Below are positions 13,015-27,404 of a stretch of 64,000 nucleotides of DNA, in pieces (position 1 is the stretch's first letter; the number at the start of each line of letters is the position of its first letter). The position numbers and the translations under genes are program-made. Origin of the DNA: Octopus sinensis. Lineage: Eukaryota. The stretch covers positions 41,416,001-41,480,000 of the forward strand of contig NC_043009.1 in the NCBI RefSeq assembly GCF_006345805.1, given 5' to 3'. The notes beneath the pieces are model-generated. The model was given only the letters and a program-made list of their open reading frames with translations. It was not told the origin of the DNA and made no database searches.

Positions 13015-13640
13015 TCCATCCATTCATCCATCTCCACCCACCATTCCTAGGAGGATGATAGGAATACAGTCCTAAGGTTCCTTCACCATAGGGTCATATC
13101 TGAAGCAACCGTCATTACACTTTCCGACTGGATTCTCAAGCATGACCAAATGAAACTACAGATAGAATCCAACCAACTCCTTCTTAGGTCTCTCGCTAGT
13201 TGCCTCGGTTTGAAGAATCCATCTTGCGATTATTTTCTGCGATATTCTGATCATATGTTCATAGTACCGGAGCTGTGATCTCTCAATGCACTTGAATGGC
13301 GGTTCGATCTGTAGAGACTTCCTGATCTTCGAGTTACACAGGCCGTTGAGTAATGTTACTCCAGAGATCCTTCAGAGAAACTCCATTTTGATCACTTGAA
13401 ATTCTCGATCGTTCATTTTTTTTGTCATTAGCAATATTCATGACCATAGATGACGACAGGTACAGAAACCGAAGTGTTGATAGCGAGTTTCACTTGTTTA
13501 CTAACCTCTCTTTCCATGAAAATTAAATTTGGCGTATTAGTGTACGAACACCTATAATTCCAGCATCCAATTCAGCCTCCTGATTCTCATCATTCATGAA
13601 TACTGTTCAATTATACTTAAGCTTTTACACTTTTCGCAGT
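13015..13640 (-). pseudogene. RTE-clade LINE 3' remnant
   Basis: Minus-strand translation KLAINTSVSVPVVIYGHE...MEFL*RISGVTL..IRKSLQIEP...IERSQLRYYEHMIR...RP matches RTE post-RT motifs; GGAT-like tail. Confidence 0.8.
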
Positions 13641-14165
13641 GATGTTCCACTAAAATGCAGAATGCACTGGGGAGACGTTCTTGAAAAGACCAATGCCTAT
13701 GTCTTTGCAACGATTATTCTCAGTCTTGCCTTGCAACACTCTGTAGCGAACTTTGTCTTGAACGAATAAGATGAGTAGAAACTGCTGTCTTTTGAAAGAT
13801 GATGAGCATACTTATTAGTGCAATCGCCAAATTGACAAACATTTTGCTTTTAGCGATGTTCTGAGGAATCCATTTCCGCATGCGCTGCGGAATTCCATTT
13901 ATACAGTGCATAAGATGGAGTCAATAGTTACTGACATGTTAATGAGTATGGCATAACATTGGTTAAAATGTCAATTCGTGAAACGATTGTAAATAACGGA
14001 TTAAAAGTAATATCGCTAACTCCATATAAATACATGTATGTTTGTGTGTGTGTGTTGTGTATACATACACACACACGCACACACACAAAGATACAAATAC
14101 ATATACATAAATATATATGTATATACATATATATGTATATGCATATCTATCTATCTATCTATCTT

Positions 14166-14198
<33 letters not shown>

Positions 14199-15291
14199 TT
14201 ATCTGTCTGTCTATCTATCTATATATCTATCTATTTATCTATCTATCTATATGTCCATATATATATATATATATATACATAGCTAGCTAGATAGATAGAT
14301 AGGTGTGTGTGTGTATATATGCATATGTATATTTATATATAAATATGCATATAAGCTTATATATATGTACATATCCACATAGATGTATCTATGTATGTAT
14401 GCATGTATGTATGTGCCGATACATTTAGCAACACACCAAGATTCTAGTTGGGAAGAGTAAAGAGCATAATGGTAATTCTTTGCGTTTATTTTCGCATGGA
14501 ATCCAAGTTTTGAAAGTTAACCATGAATGAATATAAAACCGGAATTAACCAATTACTTCATCTTCATTTACCACCCAAAGTGATTTAAATTTTATTCACA
14601 TCACACATTTTAAAAGGAAGCCGTTTGGCAAGAGACTACTAAATCTTATAAGATTTAATATGGAATTGAAAAGTCTATGGTATATTGATATGATATTGTA
14701 CAAGTTCTTATAAAATCAAACAATTTGTAACCATTATCGTCTGAAATATAGCAAATATTTGAAATATATTTTGTAGAAAACATCACAGCATCTATAAATA
14801 ATATGCGTTTTTTTTTCTTTTTCTTTATCTTCAAGTGTGTAAATTCTTTAAAATTTCTTAGAATATTCTGTCTTCTTTTCTGTGTTGTTTGATTCTTTTA
14901 TATTATTTCCGTTGTCTTCCGTTATGTTTCCGTTGTCCCCCCGCCATATAAATCTTTTCATACATTTATATCTCTTGGCTTTTATTATCTGTCTTCAGTT
15001 TCTCCTCATCCACGTCTTCCTCCTAATTCTCCTCCTTCTCTTTCTTCTGCTTCTTCATCCATCGACAACAACATCACGTTGCATAAAATATACTTTTGAG
15101 AGAATTTAAAGATATAAATACATATCCAAATGCTTATGGAACTCTGCGACACTTGATGAACGTTGGTAGAAAACAAACAAACAAACACAAAACAAGACCA
15201 AAAATGGAATAAATAACATGGTAAACGGCAAAATGCCAGAATGATTTTTTTCGCTTATATTCAAGAAAAACAAACAAACAAATAAAAATAT

Positions 15292-15660
15292 AGGAGTGGC
15301 TGTGTGGTAAGTAGCTTGTTTACCAACCACATGGTTCCGGGTTCAGTCCCACTGCGTGGCATCTTGGGCAAGTGTCTTCTGCTATAGCCTCGGGCCGACC
15401 AAAGCCTTGTGAGTGGATTTGGTAGACGGAAACTGAAAGAAGCCTGTCGTATATATATATATATGTATGTGTGTGTATATGTTTGTCCCTCTAGAATTGC
15501 TTGTGTTTACGTCCCCGTCACTTAGCGGTTCGGCAAAAGAGACCGATAGAATAAGTACTGGGCTTACAAAGAATAAGTCCCGGGGTCGATTTGCTCGACT
15601 AAAGGCGGTGCTCCAGCATGGCCGCAGTCAAATGACTGAAACAAGTAAGAGTAAGAGAGA
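15292..15660 (+). mobile_element. tRNA-headed SINE family B (internal microsatellite)
   Basis: AGGAGTGGCTGTGTGGTAAG...GGGTTCAGTCC head, CORE-like CTTGGGCAAGTG, tail GCTCCAGCATGGCCGCAGTC..TGACTGAAACAAGTAA. Confidence 0.8.
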
Positions 15661-15669
15661 GAGTATTTA

Positions 15670-16470
<801 letters not shown>

Positions 16471-17299
16471 TGAATACAAGATTTTTTTTCATATCTTCAA
16501 ACCGAAAATAAAGAACATTCCTGAAATATCTAAGAAAAATAAACTGAAACAATTTTTCAGTGGGTTTATCTGTGGTGGGCAAGGATGGCGGGAGGTGAGT
16601 GGGGCGCGTACAAAATTGGAAGAGAATGAACAGTAATGCAATGGAAGTCACCACAATAACAATAAAAAATCACTAAAAAACCAACAAAGCCGCCAGTAAG
16701 TAATACCGCTTATTGATCAAAGAGTTTTTATAATTTGCTTATTTTTTTGTGTACCAATATCTCTCTTTGTATCCCCCCCTCTGTCTCTCTCTCTTTCCCT
16801 CTTTGTTTCTTCATGTTAACAGAGAGGAAGAAGTCAAGAATTGTCCTCGTGACATCTCTTGTTAAGTTGTGAGCAGATGGCCTCTTTCACACCAACTCGG
16901 TTGCAAAGCTAAGCATATCTTCTTGGCTGTTGTATTCTTTCTTTTTTTTTTCAAGTATTCATGTGTGCAGTAGTTGCATCGTTATGATATGACTGCATGT
17001 ATATATATATATATATATAATATATATATATATATGTGTGTGTATGTGTGTCTATGTGTCTGTGTGTACATGAACTCACACGCAGACAAGCGTGCACGGA
17101 CACATCTACACTAATATATATGCAAATGCATAAATCAATATATATATATATATATATGCACGTGTGTGTGCTAAATGCATGTATGAATGTTTATACATAA
17201 TTATATGTGTGTATGTGCGCGTGTGTGTGTGTTTGTATGCGTGTATGACTGTACTTGTTGATACACAAATGTATGTGCATGCATGCATATATATATATA

Positions 17300-17343
<44 letters not shown>

Positions 17344-17477
17344 CTAAATCTCTCTAAAAGAAAAGTTTTAGAAATAATAATATTCCTATTTTTGAAAACC
17401 AGTGGATGTGTTCCACTGAATATATATAAACCTTCCAACAGACAGTCAACAACGACGCCTGCTGGATTCGACTATTC

Positions 17478-17516
17478 CACATTGATAAAGGGCAAATACC
17501 CTGAAACTAGTCTGTG
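17478..17516 (+). ncRNA. Type I minimal hammerhead ribozyme, U3-A8 core variant (probable solo PLE pseudo-LTR)
   Basis: CACA-UUGAUAA-AGGG(CAAAUA)CCCU-GAAAC-UA-GUC-UGUG. Stem I is CACA/UGUG, stem II is AGGG/CCCU, and helix III is the palindrome ACUAGU. Confidence 0.6.
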
Positions 17517-17664
17517 TATGTCTGAAGTATCATGGGGAAGCTGATGACCTCTCGCGTTCGAAGGTTGTAATGGACGCAGGCTTGTGTGTCACATAGCTAG
17601 CTAGAGGCAATGGCCTCTTGGAGCTAATCAATGATTTTTTTGGACTGCCATGTTAGCTTGGCAA

Positions 17665-17667
<3 letters not shown>

Positions 17668-17703
<36 letters not shown>

Positions 17704-17873
17704 CATATATGTGTATATATATAACTACACGCATATATATATATATACGTATATATACATACATACATATATATATATATAGATATATATATATATAATA
17801 TATATATATATGTATATATATATGTATGTATATATACGTATATATATATATGCGTGTAGTTATATATATACAC

Positions 17874-17917
<44 letters not shown>

Positions 17918-17959
17918 TATATATATGTATATATATATGTATGTATATATACGTATATA

Positions 17960-17993
<34 letters not shown>

Positions 17994-18055
17994 CACACAT
18001 ACATACATACATACATACATACAGACATACATAAATATATATATATACATATATC
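17668..18055. repeat. (TA)n/(TACA)n microsatellite field
   Basis: Directly visible. Confidence 0.9.
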
Positions 18056-18432
18056 TTTTAAAGAAAATGTTTCTCCCAGCGTTCACTATTTTCCTCTCGT
18101 TCTGGTCGAACGACCCTCCACGTTTATTTTCGAGCGGTTCGGGTGTATGTCTCTACTGTCATGTTTTTGTTCCCAACTTTGACCTTCCATAAATCCTAGA
18201 ATTTATTTTAGAATTTATGGGAGCAACTGTCTTTGAAGACTCATATTTTCGTTGAATGCTCGAAATGAGGAGTAGATAGACAGTTGACAAATGATGAAGG
18301 GTCCTTTCTCTGTGTTTACTTGCCCTGTTTTCAATATTTTTTATCGTTGTTCATGTATTGAACTCGTTTATTTCCGTAGTATTTCATGTTATTTTCACCG
18401 TTGTTGATGCCCTGTACCCATATATACATGTA

Positions 18433-18469
<37 letters not shown>

Positions 18470-18671
18470 ATATATATATATATATATACACGCACACACA
18501 CACACACATACACACGTATGAACGCACACACATATATATGAATAGATATATATTATTCCTATGTAGAAGTGTGTGTCTATGTGTTTACGTGCTTGAATGC
18601 GTATTTGTATATGTGCTTTTGTAAATTTTCGCCGGAGCTCAAAGTTTCAAGCATTACCGCTTTCCGAGTGC

Positions 18672-19070
18672 ATATATATATATATATATAAGTCAAGTTG
18701 TGTGTCTGTCTTCTACGATTTAGATTCCTAACTACTCCCACATTTTGCGGTGCAGTTTAACCAAAACCGGGTATCTTATAGTCGTGATTCTAATCGAGCC
18801 CTTCTGGTTATTAGCGCGCGTCTACGATGAATCTACGATTTAAAAAAAAATTTACCATAATTTTTTTCCATTTTAATGCATTTTCCGCTATTATATAAGG
18901 GAAGTAACTCTCTAAAAATGTCTACGATGAGTCAACGATTTAAAAAAAAATTATCATCATTTTTTTCCCATTTTTAATGCATTTTTTTGCTATTTTTTGG
19001 CTATAACTCTCTAAAAATGCTTATATAGTTATTTCCCTACAAACCCGAGCAACGCCGGGCGATACTGCTA

Positions 19071-19071
<1 letters not shown>
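18672..19071 (+). mobile_element. Non-autonomous Helitron
   Basis: Same body as 38679-39072; ends CCCGAGCAACGCCGGGCGATACTGCTAG|T. The 5' end is lost in (TA)n. Confidence 0.8.
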
Positions 19072-19112
<41 letters not shown>

Positions 19113-19724
19113 ATATATATATTGTGTGTGTGTGTAACAAGTTTTATTGATGTTTTGCCATGTACCCTCAATGTCTTGGTATAACTCATTTTATTCTAAA
19201 TATTTTGCAAGAAATGCGGCACATGATTTTATCTAGAACGTCAAGAAGTGCTTCTCGCACCCATACACTTGTCTAAAATAGATTTTCAAGCGATCAGTAA
19301 AATTGCGCATATTAAACAGAAAGAGTAATGGTGCCTCAATGAGCTTGTGGGTTGTGTAAGCATGTATGCATTCCCTGCTGATTTCCTAATTATTATGTTC
19401 TATGAATAAAAGAACTGACTTTCAAGTGTAATGCGATCCCAGATAGTGCCAATGAGATTATCACCGGTTCAGACACTTTGCAGAAATTCAACAGCCTGAA
19501 GGTTTCGGTCATTACGTTTCTCATCTTGACGGGCAATATGATCTTTCCCTTTACTGCAGACTATTTTTACTTATGTTCAGATCGCCATCCGTTGATGTTC
19601 AGTGTGAAATATTCGCAATTCAGCGCTTGTTTCCATGTATTTCAGTTTGTCTTTTGTGAAATTTCTGTTTTAATTACGTTACACATGCGCATGCCCAAAC
19701 CCACTCCTCTACACATATGGATGT

Positions 19725-19727
19725 TTG

Positions 19728-19758
<31 letters not shown>

Positions 19759-19800
19759 GAATGAATGTATGTATGTATGAATATATGAATGTATGTATGA

Positions 19801-19833
<33 letters not shown>

Positions 19834-19899
19834 TGTATGTATGTATGTATGTGTGTGTGTGTATGTATGTATGTATGTATGTATGTATGTATGTATGTA

Positions 19900-19962
<63 letters not shown>

Positions 19963-20240
19963 CTTTATTCAGTTTATTTCAAAATTTCTTGCAAATAGAG
20001 AAAGAATCGATTTCTAACCTAGATCTAAGGTTCCTTCATTGGAATTTCAACATCAACAACAGGGTATTTATGTATGTATTTATACATGTATGTATGCATG
20101 TATGTATGTATGTATCTATGTATGTATGTACATACACATGTATGTATGTATGTATGTGTGCAGTATGTATGTATGTATGTATGTATGTATGTATGTATGT
20201 ATGTATGTATGTACGTACACATGTATGTATGTATGTGCAG
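19725..20240. repeat. (TATG)n/(TG)n microsatellite field
   Basis: Directly visible. Confidence 0.9.
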
Positions 20241-20264
20241 ATTTGTATGTTTTACAGACACCTG

Positions 20265-20530
20265 TACCCTTAACGTAGTTCTCGGGGAGATTCAGCGTGA
20301 CACAGAGTGTGACAAGGCTGGCCCTTTTAAATATAGATACAACAGAAACAGGAAGAAAGAGTGAGAGAAATTTGTGGTAGGAGAGTACAGCAGGATTCGC
20401 CATCACCCCCTGCCGGAGCCTCATGGAGCTTTAGGTGTTTTCACTCAATAAACACTCACAAGCCCCGGTCTCGAAACCGCGATTCTACGACCGCGTGTCC
20501 GCTGCCCTAACCACTGGACCATGGCGCCTC

Positions 20531-20532
<2 letters not shown>
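20265..20532 (-). mobile_element. SINE family C (alternative 3' tail)
   Basis: Head and body are homologous to 6530-6725; the 3' segment differs from that of 1028-1295. Confidence 0.7.
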
Positions 20533-20564
<32 letters not shown>

Positions 20565-20638
20565 CACGACGACGGTAAGCTGGCAGGATCGCTACCGTGC
20601 CGAAATTACTGGCCCTATACCAAAATTTGAAACCATTA

Positions 20639-20708
<70 letters not shown>

Positions 20709-20799
20709 CCTGTCTGTCTGGCTGCCTGTCTGCCCGTCCGTCCGTCCGTCCGTCCGTCTGTCTGTTTGTCTGTCTATCTATCCATCTATCTATCCATCT

Positions 20800-20979
20800 A
20801 GGAGTGGCTGTGTGATAAGTAGCTTGCTTAAGAACCACATGATTCCGGGTTCTGTCCCACTGCGTGGCACCTTGGACAAGTGTCTTCTACTATAGCCTCG
20901 GGCCGACCAAAGCCTTGTGGGTGGAATTGGTAGACGGAAACTGAAAGAAGCCCGTCGTATATATATATATATATATATA

Positions 20980-21020
<41 letters not shown>

Positions 21021-21228
21021 TGTTTGTGTGTCTATGTTTGTCCCCCCCCAACATCGCTTGACAACCGATGCTGGCGTGTTTACGTCCCCGTAACCTAGCG
21101 GTTCGGCAAAAGAGGCCGATGGAAGAAGTACTAAGTTTACAAAGAATAAGTCCTGGGGTCGAATTGCTCGGCAAAAAGGCGGTGCTCCAGCATGGCCACA
21201 GTCAAATGACTGAAAGAAAGTAAAAGAG
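20800..21228 (+). mobile_element. SINE family B
   Basis: Collinear with 15292-15660. Confidence 0.8.
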
Positions 21229-21649
21229 TATTTATGTGCGCGCGCGTGTGAGTCTCCCCCTCTCTCTCTCTCTCTCTCCACACACACACACACACACAAA
21301 CACAAGCACACACACACACATTTGGGATGGTCTAGATAACAAACTCTGCTACGAGTAAGGTTTGCATACAACGCATTACATTACGATTCAGTAGAAAGAT
21401 TTATTTTTCACGCATTAAATGCCACTGCAAAAATCTAGTGACATGCACCGGTTTTATAGGCTTCTCTTTACTCGAACAGACATCGCCGCCGCCATCAGTA
21501 CCATTGTTACCATTAACGTAATTATGCCCAAGATTACAAGAAAAAAGAATCTCATTTCCATTTGCCACATTTCCCTGGCGTTATTTATTAACATTCCATT
21601 CTACGGTTTTTGTTCTTTGTTATGAAACCCAATGCAAATATTAGGCAAT

Positions 21650-22035
21650 TATCTTTTCTCCTTCTTCTTCTTCTTCTTCTTCTTTCTTCTTCTTCTTCGT
21701 TTTTTCTCCATATTTCTGCGTCTTCTTCTTTTTGTTCTTTTTATTCTTCTTCTTCTTCTTCTTCTTCTCCATCTTCTTCTTATCTTCTCATTCTTCTCTT
21801 TCTCTTTCTTCTACATCTTCTTCTTCTTCTTCTTCTTCTTCTCCATCTTCTTCTTTTAGTCTTCTTCTCTTCTTCTTTCTTCTTCTCCTTCCTTCTTCTC
21901 TTCTTCTTCTTCTTCTCCTTCTCCTCCTCTCCTCCTCCTTCTTCTTCTTCTTCTTCTTCTTCTTCTTCTTCTTCTCCATCTCCTTCTTCTCCTTCTTCTT
22001 CTTCTTCTTCTTCTTCTTCTTCTTCTTCTTCTTCT
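21650..22035. repeat. (TTC)n/(TCC)n polypyrimidine array
   Basis: Directly visible; source of the poly-S/F/E ORFs. Confidence 0.95.
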
Positions 22036-22889
22036 CTCGCTCCCCTCACATTCTCTCTTACTTTCCCCCCTCTCTCAATAGCCAACCAAACGGCGCATTC
22101 ATTAGTACCGATAAGAACTAACATTCTCCCCCAGCACAACCACCACAACCACAACCACAGCCCCAATCCCACCCCCCAACAACAACAACAACAACAACAA
22201 CAATATTGATCATGAAAAAAAACCCCAATAAAGATACAAATAACAAGGCATTTCACAGTTAAATACAAAGAAAAGTCAAGAACCAAAAAAAAAACACAAA
22301 TAAAATAAGATATAGAAATGTCACAAAGAGAAAAAAACAAAAACAGCATGAAAAACAAAAAAACAGAAAATATGAAAATTAATCTTTCGTATAGCTTTTG
22401 TAGTGGTTGTTATTCTTGTTGCTGTTGTTACGGCATCTTTCAAGTGTTTGATGCGAATCTTTGATGTGATGATATTTTCGCACTCCTTACATAAAGACCA
22501 AATCAAACAATTGGTTTAGTGTTATGATGTTATCAGCGTTGGCACTGAACTTCTGTCTTCTTTTGCATTCTTCCATCCATCCATCCATCCATGCTGTAAT
22601 CTGAACTAAGCTATCATATTTAAGTGAAAGATAATCACCAAAAGAGAAAGGAAAAAAAAAAAAAAAAAAAAAAAGAAAACGAAAAAGCAAAAAAAAACAA
22701 AAAAAAAAATCAAAAGAAAAACCCACACAGCAGTAATAACAACAACAACAACAAGTTAAAAAAAACAATATAGGATTAATACAGTCAAGTTTTTTTGAAG
22801 ACGGGCTTCAATGTTCTGTGAAAACTCACTGTTTGAAATTAATAAATAAATATTAATGAATAATAAATAGCAACGACGAAAACAACAGT

Positions 22890-22967
22890 AATAATAATAA
22901 TAATAATAATAATAAGATAATAATTAATAATATAATAATAATAATAATAATGATAATAATAATGATG

Positions 22968-23010
<43 letters not shown>

Positions 23011-23020
23011 TGATGAAAAT

Positions 23021-23053
<33 letters not shown>

Positions 23054-23054
23054 A

Positions 23055-23085
<31 letters not shown>

Positions 23086-23104
23086 TAATAATGATAATAA
23101 TATG

Positions 23105-23135
<31 letters not shown>

Positions 23136-23175
23136 TGATGATAATAATGATAATATAATAATAATAATAATAATA
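22890..23175. repeat. (TAA)n/(TGA) array
   Basis: Directly visible; abuts the 5' junction of the R4/Dong element. Confidence 0.95.
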
Positions 23176-24590
23176 ATGCTAGCTATACCAGTCGTGACTT
23201 ACAGTTTCAATATTGTTAACTGGTTAATTACTGAAATATGTCAGCTCGACAGAAAAATAAGGAAACTGTTGACAATGCATAGAATGCACCACCTAAGGCA
23301 GATACAGAACGACTCTATCTGCCAAGAAAAGAGGGAGGCCGTGGTCTTTTGCAACTGGCAATAACAATGAAGATTGCTACAATGGGCCTAGACACCTACC
23401 TGAAAAACTCTGAGGACTGGATGCTAAAACTTGTCTCAAAACATGAAAACAAAAAAGCATCATACTCAGTCACAAAACAGGCAAAGGAATATCTAAGTGA
23501 ATTCCGAATACAACCAATTTCGGAATTAGAGATAGATATACAAGAAACAAGCACAGAAAAAGCTAGGCGCATGAAAACCCGTGCCAAAACTGCGGCCTTA
23601 GATATTCTGTAATAAATGGCAAGAAAAACCTCTCTATGGCAAATACCCAAAGAGAGCGAATAATGCAGATATCGACAAAGCCCTGACCATCAATGGCTAA
23701 TGGCCTCTGACTTAAAATCTGAAACAGAGGGGTTTATCATAGCAGCTCAAGATCAATGCCTACCAACAAGAAACTACCAGGCCAACATATTAAAGATCAG
23801 AAGCAGTCCAACGTTTCGTGTATGCAAGCAACAAAATGAAACCATTGACCATGTGGTCTCCAAGTGCAGTCTTCTAGCGCCTACAGAGTATCTCAACAGG
23901 CACGATAGAGCTGCACAATATATTCACTGGGTAATCTGTAAAAACCTGGATTTGCCCCATGAAAAAAAATGGTGGGAACACAAACCACCCCCAGTGCTTG
24001 AAAATGACCACATCTCACTCCTCTGGAACTTCACCATTCAAACTGACAGGAAGATAGATGCAAATAGGCCAGACATCATATTGAAAGACTTCAAAAAAGA
24101 ACATGCCTCCTCATTGATATGACTGTCCCAATCGATATAAACGTATCTGTCAAGACCTACCAAAAACTGAGCAAATATAAAGATCTTGAAATAGAAATCA
24201 GCAAAATGTGGAAGCTGAAGACTAAAACAATACCTGTTGTCATAGGTGCCCTGGGAATGATAGCAAAAGGGGCTGATAGCTACCTAACTCAGATACCAGG
24301 AAACCCAAAAATGGCAGAAGTTCAAAAGATAGTGCTCATGGGAACTGCTCATATCCTACGCAAAATACTCTCTATGTAATCTCAAGGTTTAAAACAAACA
24401 TAATTTTCGGTTTAAAAAAAAAAAAAACAACTTTTTTTTTAGACATTCATTAGTACAACATCCCCACCCCACAAATATATGGCACACTAGGCATAACAAC
24501 AACATGAACTTCCAACCCTGTTGTCTCTTGAGGTGTCTGGGTGAGACTTGGAGCCAACTTGTACAAATATAAAGCAAAAGTCAAACATAG
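23176..24590 (+). pseudogene. 5'-truncated R4/Dong-clade non-LTR retrotransposon (post-RT region, Zn knuckle, restriction-like endonuclease)
   Basis: IPVVTYSF..W..LDRKIRKLLTMHRMHH, ETEGFIIAAQDQCLPTRNY, ETIDHVVSKC, RHDRAA..IHW, NRPDIIL and KYKDLEIEISKMWKLKT..IPVVIGALG, in 4 frameshifted pieces. Confidence 0.9.
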
Positions 24591-24604
24591 AATAATAATA
24601 ATAA

Positions 24605-25175
24605 TACTTTCTACTGTAGGCACAAGACCTAAAATTTTGGGGGAAGGGGGCCAGTCGATCACATCGATCCCAGTACTTGACTGGTACTTAGTTCATCGAT
24701 CCCGAAAGGATGAAAGGCAAAGTCGACGTCGGGGAAATTTGAACTCAGAACGTAAAGACGGACGAAATACCGCTAAGCATTTTTCCCGGCGAACTAACGA
24801 TTCTTTTCTACTCTACGCGCAAGGGCCGAAATTTTTTAGGAGGGGACCAGTCGATTAGATTGACCCCAGTATGCAACTGGAATTTGAACTCTGAACGTAG
24901 CCGCAGACGAAATACCTACTTCTTTACTACCCACAAGGGGCTAAACACAGTGGGGACAAGCAAGGACAGACAAACGGATTAAGTCGATTACATTGGGGGA
25001 AGGGGTAAGCCGATCACATTGACCTCAGTGCGTAACTGGTACTTAATTTATCGACCCCGAAAGGATGAAAGGCAAAGTCGACCTCGGCGGAATTTGAAAT
25101 CACAACGTAACGGCAGACGAAATACGGCTACGCTTTTCGCCCGGCGTGCTAACGATTCTGCCAGCTCACTGCCTT
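24605..25175 (-). mobile_element. SINE family A cluster (multimer plus monomer)
   Basis: Reverse-complement family A core repeated 3 times. Confidence 0.85.
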
Positions 25176-25181
25176 CAATAT

Positions 25182-25226
<45 letters not shown>

Positions 25227-25294
25227 CTCCCGTTTCATTTTATTTTTTCATTTCTTTCTCTCTCCTTTTTCCAGTTTTTGTCTTTTTTTTTATC

Positions 25295-26140
25295 AGTGCC
25301 GGGGTGCTGAGGGCAATTGAACACCCATCACTTATAAAATACTCCAGTGACCTATGCAAGACGTATTTCCTGACACTTAAGCCCGACTCCTTCGCCAAAC
25401 CATCAAGAGAAGAATAGGAAAAGGAGAGTATCTGACGCCTTCAAATAACCAGTGCTTCGAGCAGGGTGTCCTCGTTAGCTTTGGGTGGCAAGCAGCCTAG
25501 GAGAAGGACCACTCTGAGTTTAAAACCAGGGGAGCAAGGCCACTGCTACCATGGTGGACTAACTTGATAGAGATGGTGTAAAAATGCTGGTTTGTAGTAA
25601 CCTAAAAACACACCTCATTTGTGGGTGAAATTGCTAAGCAAAATAGATGTCGATAACGGTGAGAACGGTACTGGAACCAATGGTGAGTGAAGGTGCCGCA
25701 CCCGGCAGATGCCCCACTGTGCAGCAGGGTGGGCCCGGTCGAAATCCAGCTACTGCTAGCTATGCTACAAGACATAAGTGGAGTAAACAAGTAAACATGA
25801 TGGTCATGGAGTTTTACAATAGGAGCACCCCAGCGGACGCGAATGGCGTGCCTGTTAGAGGGCACAGAAAAACGAATGCACAGGGAATAGAAGGCAATGG
25901 TTCTGTTTGAAATTAATGAACAGAAATAATGTGACCAAGCAAGAGCAATACGAAAGAATGGATGGTTAACAGAGTAGGGACTAGAATCTATTAAAAGAAG
26001 GATATTGGGTGATGCTGGGCATGCGAGAAACGAAAGTGGTATAGTGGAAGAGATGGACAAATGTTCGCAAGAATATACTACTGTGAATTGAGAAAGGAAT
26101 GAGACCAGTGACTACTCAAACAATGAAGATCGATTAATAA
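25295..26140 (+). pseudogene. 5' end (UTR plus ORF N-terminus) of an R4/Dong-like element
   Basis: RHKWSKQVNMMVMEFYNRS.P...RGHRK.M, then DQARAIRKNGWLT...LESIKRRI, resembles R4/Dong N-termini. Confidence 0.65.
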
Positions 26141-26343
26141 TAGACAGAATTTCGGATCTATTAAAGCGAGTTCTTTGGTGAATACGGTCCACTGTTTTAG
26201 TACTGATTTTAGAATGAAGATGTTTCGCTACTTCCCCTCCCCAAGCTTTCAGTCATACTGTAACATCTCTTATCCTTCACTCACCCACAGGACACTGGGT
26301 ATGTCTCTGTAAGTGACTGTAACAAACATGCAGATTAAAATTA

Positions 26344-26384
<41 letters not shown>

Positions 26385-26446
26385 TAACGACAACAACAAC
26401 AATAATAATAATAATAATAATAATGACGACGACGACGACGATGATG

Positions 26447-27400
26447 ATGAAGAAAGACATGGACAATTGGCTGCTAGATGGGAGCAGAAACGTCTGCATG
26501 GCAAATATGTGGCCTTTTGCAGACAATGTGGTGTTAACCAGAAGCACACACATTAGTAGGGTTAAAGGCAGAGAGCGAAGGCTTCATCTTAATTGCTCAA
26601 GATCAAAGCTTCTTGACCCACAACTACGAAACCAATTAGATGAAAGATGGAGAAGATCCAAAATACCGATCCTGCTGCGATGAGTCTGAAACAGTGAACT
26701 ACTTAAAGTTTTAGCACCAGTAGAGTATAAATCAAGACATGACAGAGTTGACCATTATCTACACTGGTTAATATGACGGCATTATACAATCAAATCAGCT
26801 GACAAGTGGTATAAGCACCACCCTGAGGCTGTAGCTGAAGGAGAAAATGTAACGATTCTTTGTGACTTTCCAGTACATACAGACAGAACCATGAAAACTA
26901 ATAAACCGCATATTGTTGAAAAAGAACAAAATAATAAAATCTGTTTATTGATCGACATGAGTATTTCTTGTGATCATAATACCTCGGCGAAAGAATTTGA
27001 CAAGCTCAGAAAATACAAAGATTTGCTCATTGAAATATATATAAAAAAACATGGAATCTCATGGCAATTACAATGTCAGTGATTGTACTAGCGCTTTGAA
27101 TGATCTAAAAAGGAACAGAAAATTATTTGAGAATGATGCCTGACTTACCGTTCATGCGAGAAGTGCAAAAGACTGTTTAACTAGGATATCACACGTATTG
27201 AAAAGAGCATTGTCCGCTGTGAGAACGATTACTACCCATGCAATATATTTTTTGCTTTTACGTAACTTCATTTTGTAAATGAATAATCCGGTGTGTTTTT
27301 TTCAACGTTGTATCAATGTTTACAGTGAGTATGTTTATCCTAGGTGTTAGAAAGACACTTGGCAAGAAATGGAAACAAAATTGAAAGAAGAATCATTTCT
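26447..27400 (+). pseudogene. R4/Dong-clade 3' remnant
   Basis: WEQKRLHGKY, AESEGFILIAQDQ, EYKSRHDRV..YLHW, DFPVHTDRT...NKPHIV and KYKDLLIEI; preceded by (TAA)n. Confidence 0.85.
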
Positions 27401-27404
27401 ACTA

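Noticed and set aside
15095-15165. Protein-like frame EFKDINTYPNAYGTLRHLMNVG
   Set aside because: Poor splice signals and no recognisable homology.
17541-17575. Second CTGATGA just downstream of the 17.5-kb hammerhead
   Set aside because: The CCT/AGG stem is not followed by GAAA, and there is no helix I.
21610-22358. Poly-S/E/F/R ORFs of ~200 aa
   Set aside because: Translations of (TTC)n/(TCC)n.
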